From NCBI GenBank assembly GCA_016203665.1, contig JACQMJ010000008.1, positions 19,150 to 83,149 on the forward strand: 64,000 nt of DNA, in the 5' to 3' direction. Both the position numbers and the translations under genes were made by a program. Under the pieces are notes generated by a model, which did not search any database, was not told the origin of the DNA, and saw only the letters and a list, made by a program, of their open reading frames with translations. Origin of the DNA: Candidatus Sungiibacteriota bacterium. Its GTDB lineage: Bacteria; Patescibacteriota; Minisyncoccia; Sungbacterales; SURF-37. Shown here piece by piece: positions 63,659-64,000 of the stretch. Each line of letters begins with the position of its first letter. The stretch's first letter is position 1.

Positions 63659-63698
63659 GTTTTATGCGGGACTTCGCGCCGCGCGGCTTACCCACTTT

Positions 63699-63770
63699 TG
63701 GCTATGGGTGGAGTCGAACCACCGTTTGAGCGTTATGAGTGCTCTGTTCTAACCGTTGAACTACACAGCC
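63699..63770 (-). tRNA. tRNA-Met (anticodon CAU; elongator Met or Ile2-lysidine type)
   Basis: Minus-strand cloverleaf: acceptor GGCTGTG/CATAGCC, D-arm GTTC-AACGGTTA-GAAC, anticodon loop CT-CAT-AA, T-arm GGTGG-TTCGACT-CCACC, discriminator A. Initiator hallmarks are absent. Confidence 0.75.
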
Positions 63771-64000
63771 GAAAATCGATCACCCGAACACAGGAAATTA
63801 TACGTTAATCCGGCATTTCTGCAAGAAAAACGCCGGGCATGGAACTTCCTGCCCGGCTTTGGCTTCTTCTCCGGCTGTTGCGGCAGCAGCGCTGACGGAC
63901 AGGAGATGCCCGCGGTCGCGCACATATTCAGGAATCTCTCCCGAAGGCGCGACATCTTTTCGCTGACGAAACCGATCCCACTGCCGCTCATCTTCACTCG

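Noticed and set aside
63761-63997. 78-aa minus-strand ORF at the window end
   Set aside because: Its 3' end overlaps 10 nt of the well-folded tRNA-Met gene. There is no recognisable domain and the 5' end is truncated by the window edge, so it cannot be assessed.
1-64000. Prophage, transposase, integrase or restriction-modification/defence genes
   Set aside because: No ORF showed integrase/transposase catalytic motifs, phage structural signatures, or defence-system domains. The many methyltransferases all sit among glycan genes with sugar-tailoring partners, not next to restriction enzymes.

Overview
This 64-kb window comes from a high-GC (roughly 60-65%) bacterial chromosome. It is gene-dense, and nearly all real genes lie on the minus strand. 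Most plus-strand ORFs in the track are GC-driven antisense artefacts. Organism assignment is uncertain; the gene content (many GTs, giant surface proteins with PG-binding anchors, lamin-tail domains) would fit an uncultivated lineage such as high-GC Patescibacteria, but this is a guess. The window has four parts. (1) 0.3-39.6 kb is one large cell-envelope glycan biosynthesis and glycosylation island. It holds at least 12 glycosyltransferases (GT4, GT2, Ppm1-like, GT39/GT-C, TagB/F-like, CgeB-like) and 5 SAM methyltransferases. It also carries the four enzymes of the GDP-D-glycero-alpha-D-manno-heptose pathway (GmhA, HddA, GmhB, and a distant HddC-like nucleotidyltransferase). Four SDR epimerase/dehydratases, an RmlC-like 3,5-epimerase, a nucleotide-sugar dehydrogenase homolog, two NUDIX hydrolases, an IMPase and a Wzx-type flippase complete it. 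(2) 39.6-47.5 kb encodes three secreted surface proteins: a lamin-tail/PKD protein with a C-terminal anchor, a peptidoglycan-binding protein, and a 1235-aa Thr/Ser-rich giant protein with an N-terminal PG-binding anchor. A membrane TPR protein sits among them, and the region is flanked by unusually structured or repetitive non-coding DNA. (3) 48.4-58.2 kb is a stress/Fe-S module: ClpB (with a perfect CIRCE operator), HtrA, Nfu, SodA, ferredoxin, NifU/IscU, IscS and a short Rrf2 regulator. (4) 58.9-64 kb holds an MFS transporter, a LigT-like 2H phosphoesterase, Idi, a GT39/ArnT-like glycosyltransferase, a RelB/ParE-type toxin-antitoxin pair, tRNA-Gln, tRNA-Met and a tRNA 3' fragment. The most unusual observation is a palindromic repeat element with shared 14-nt terminal inverted repeats. 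It is present at least twice, once intergenic and once inserted in-frame inside the LigT gene, and a possible third AT-rich insertion lies inside a GT39 gene. There are also several perfect palindromes in regulatory positions. No CRISPR array, transposase, integrase or rRNA was seen.
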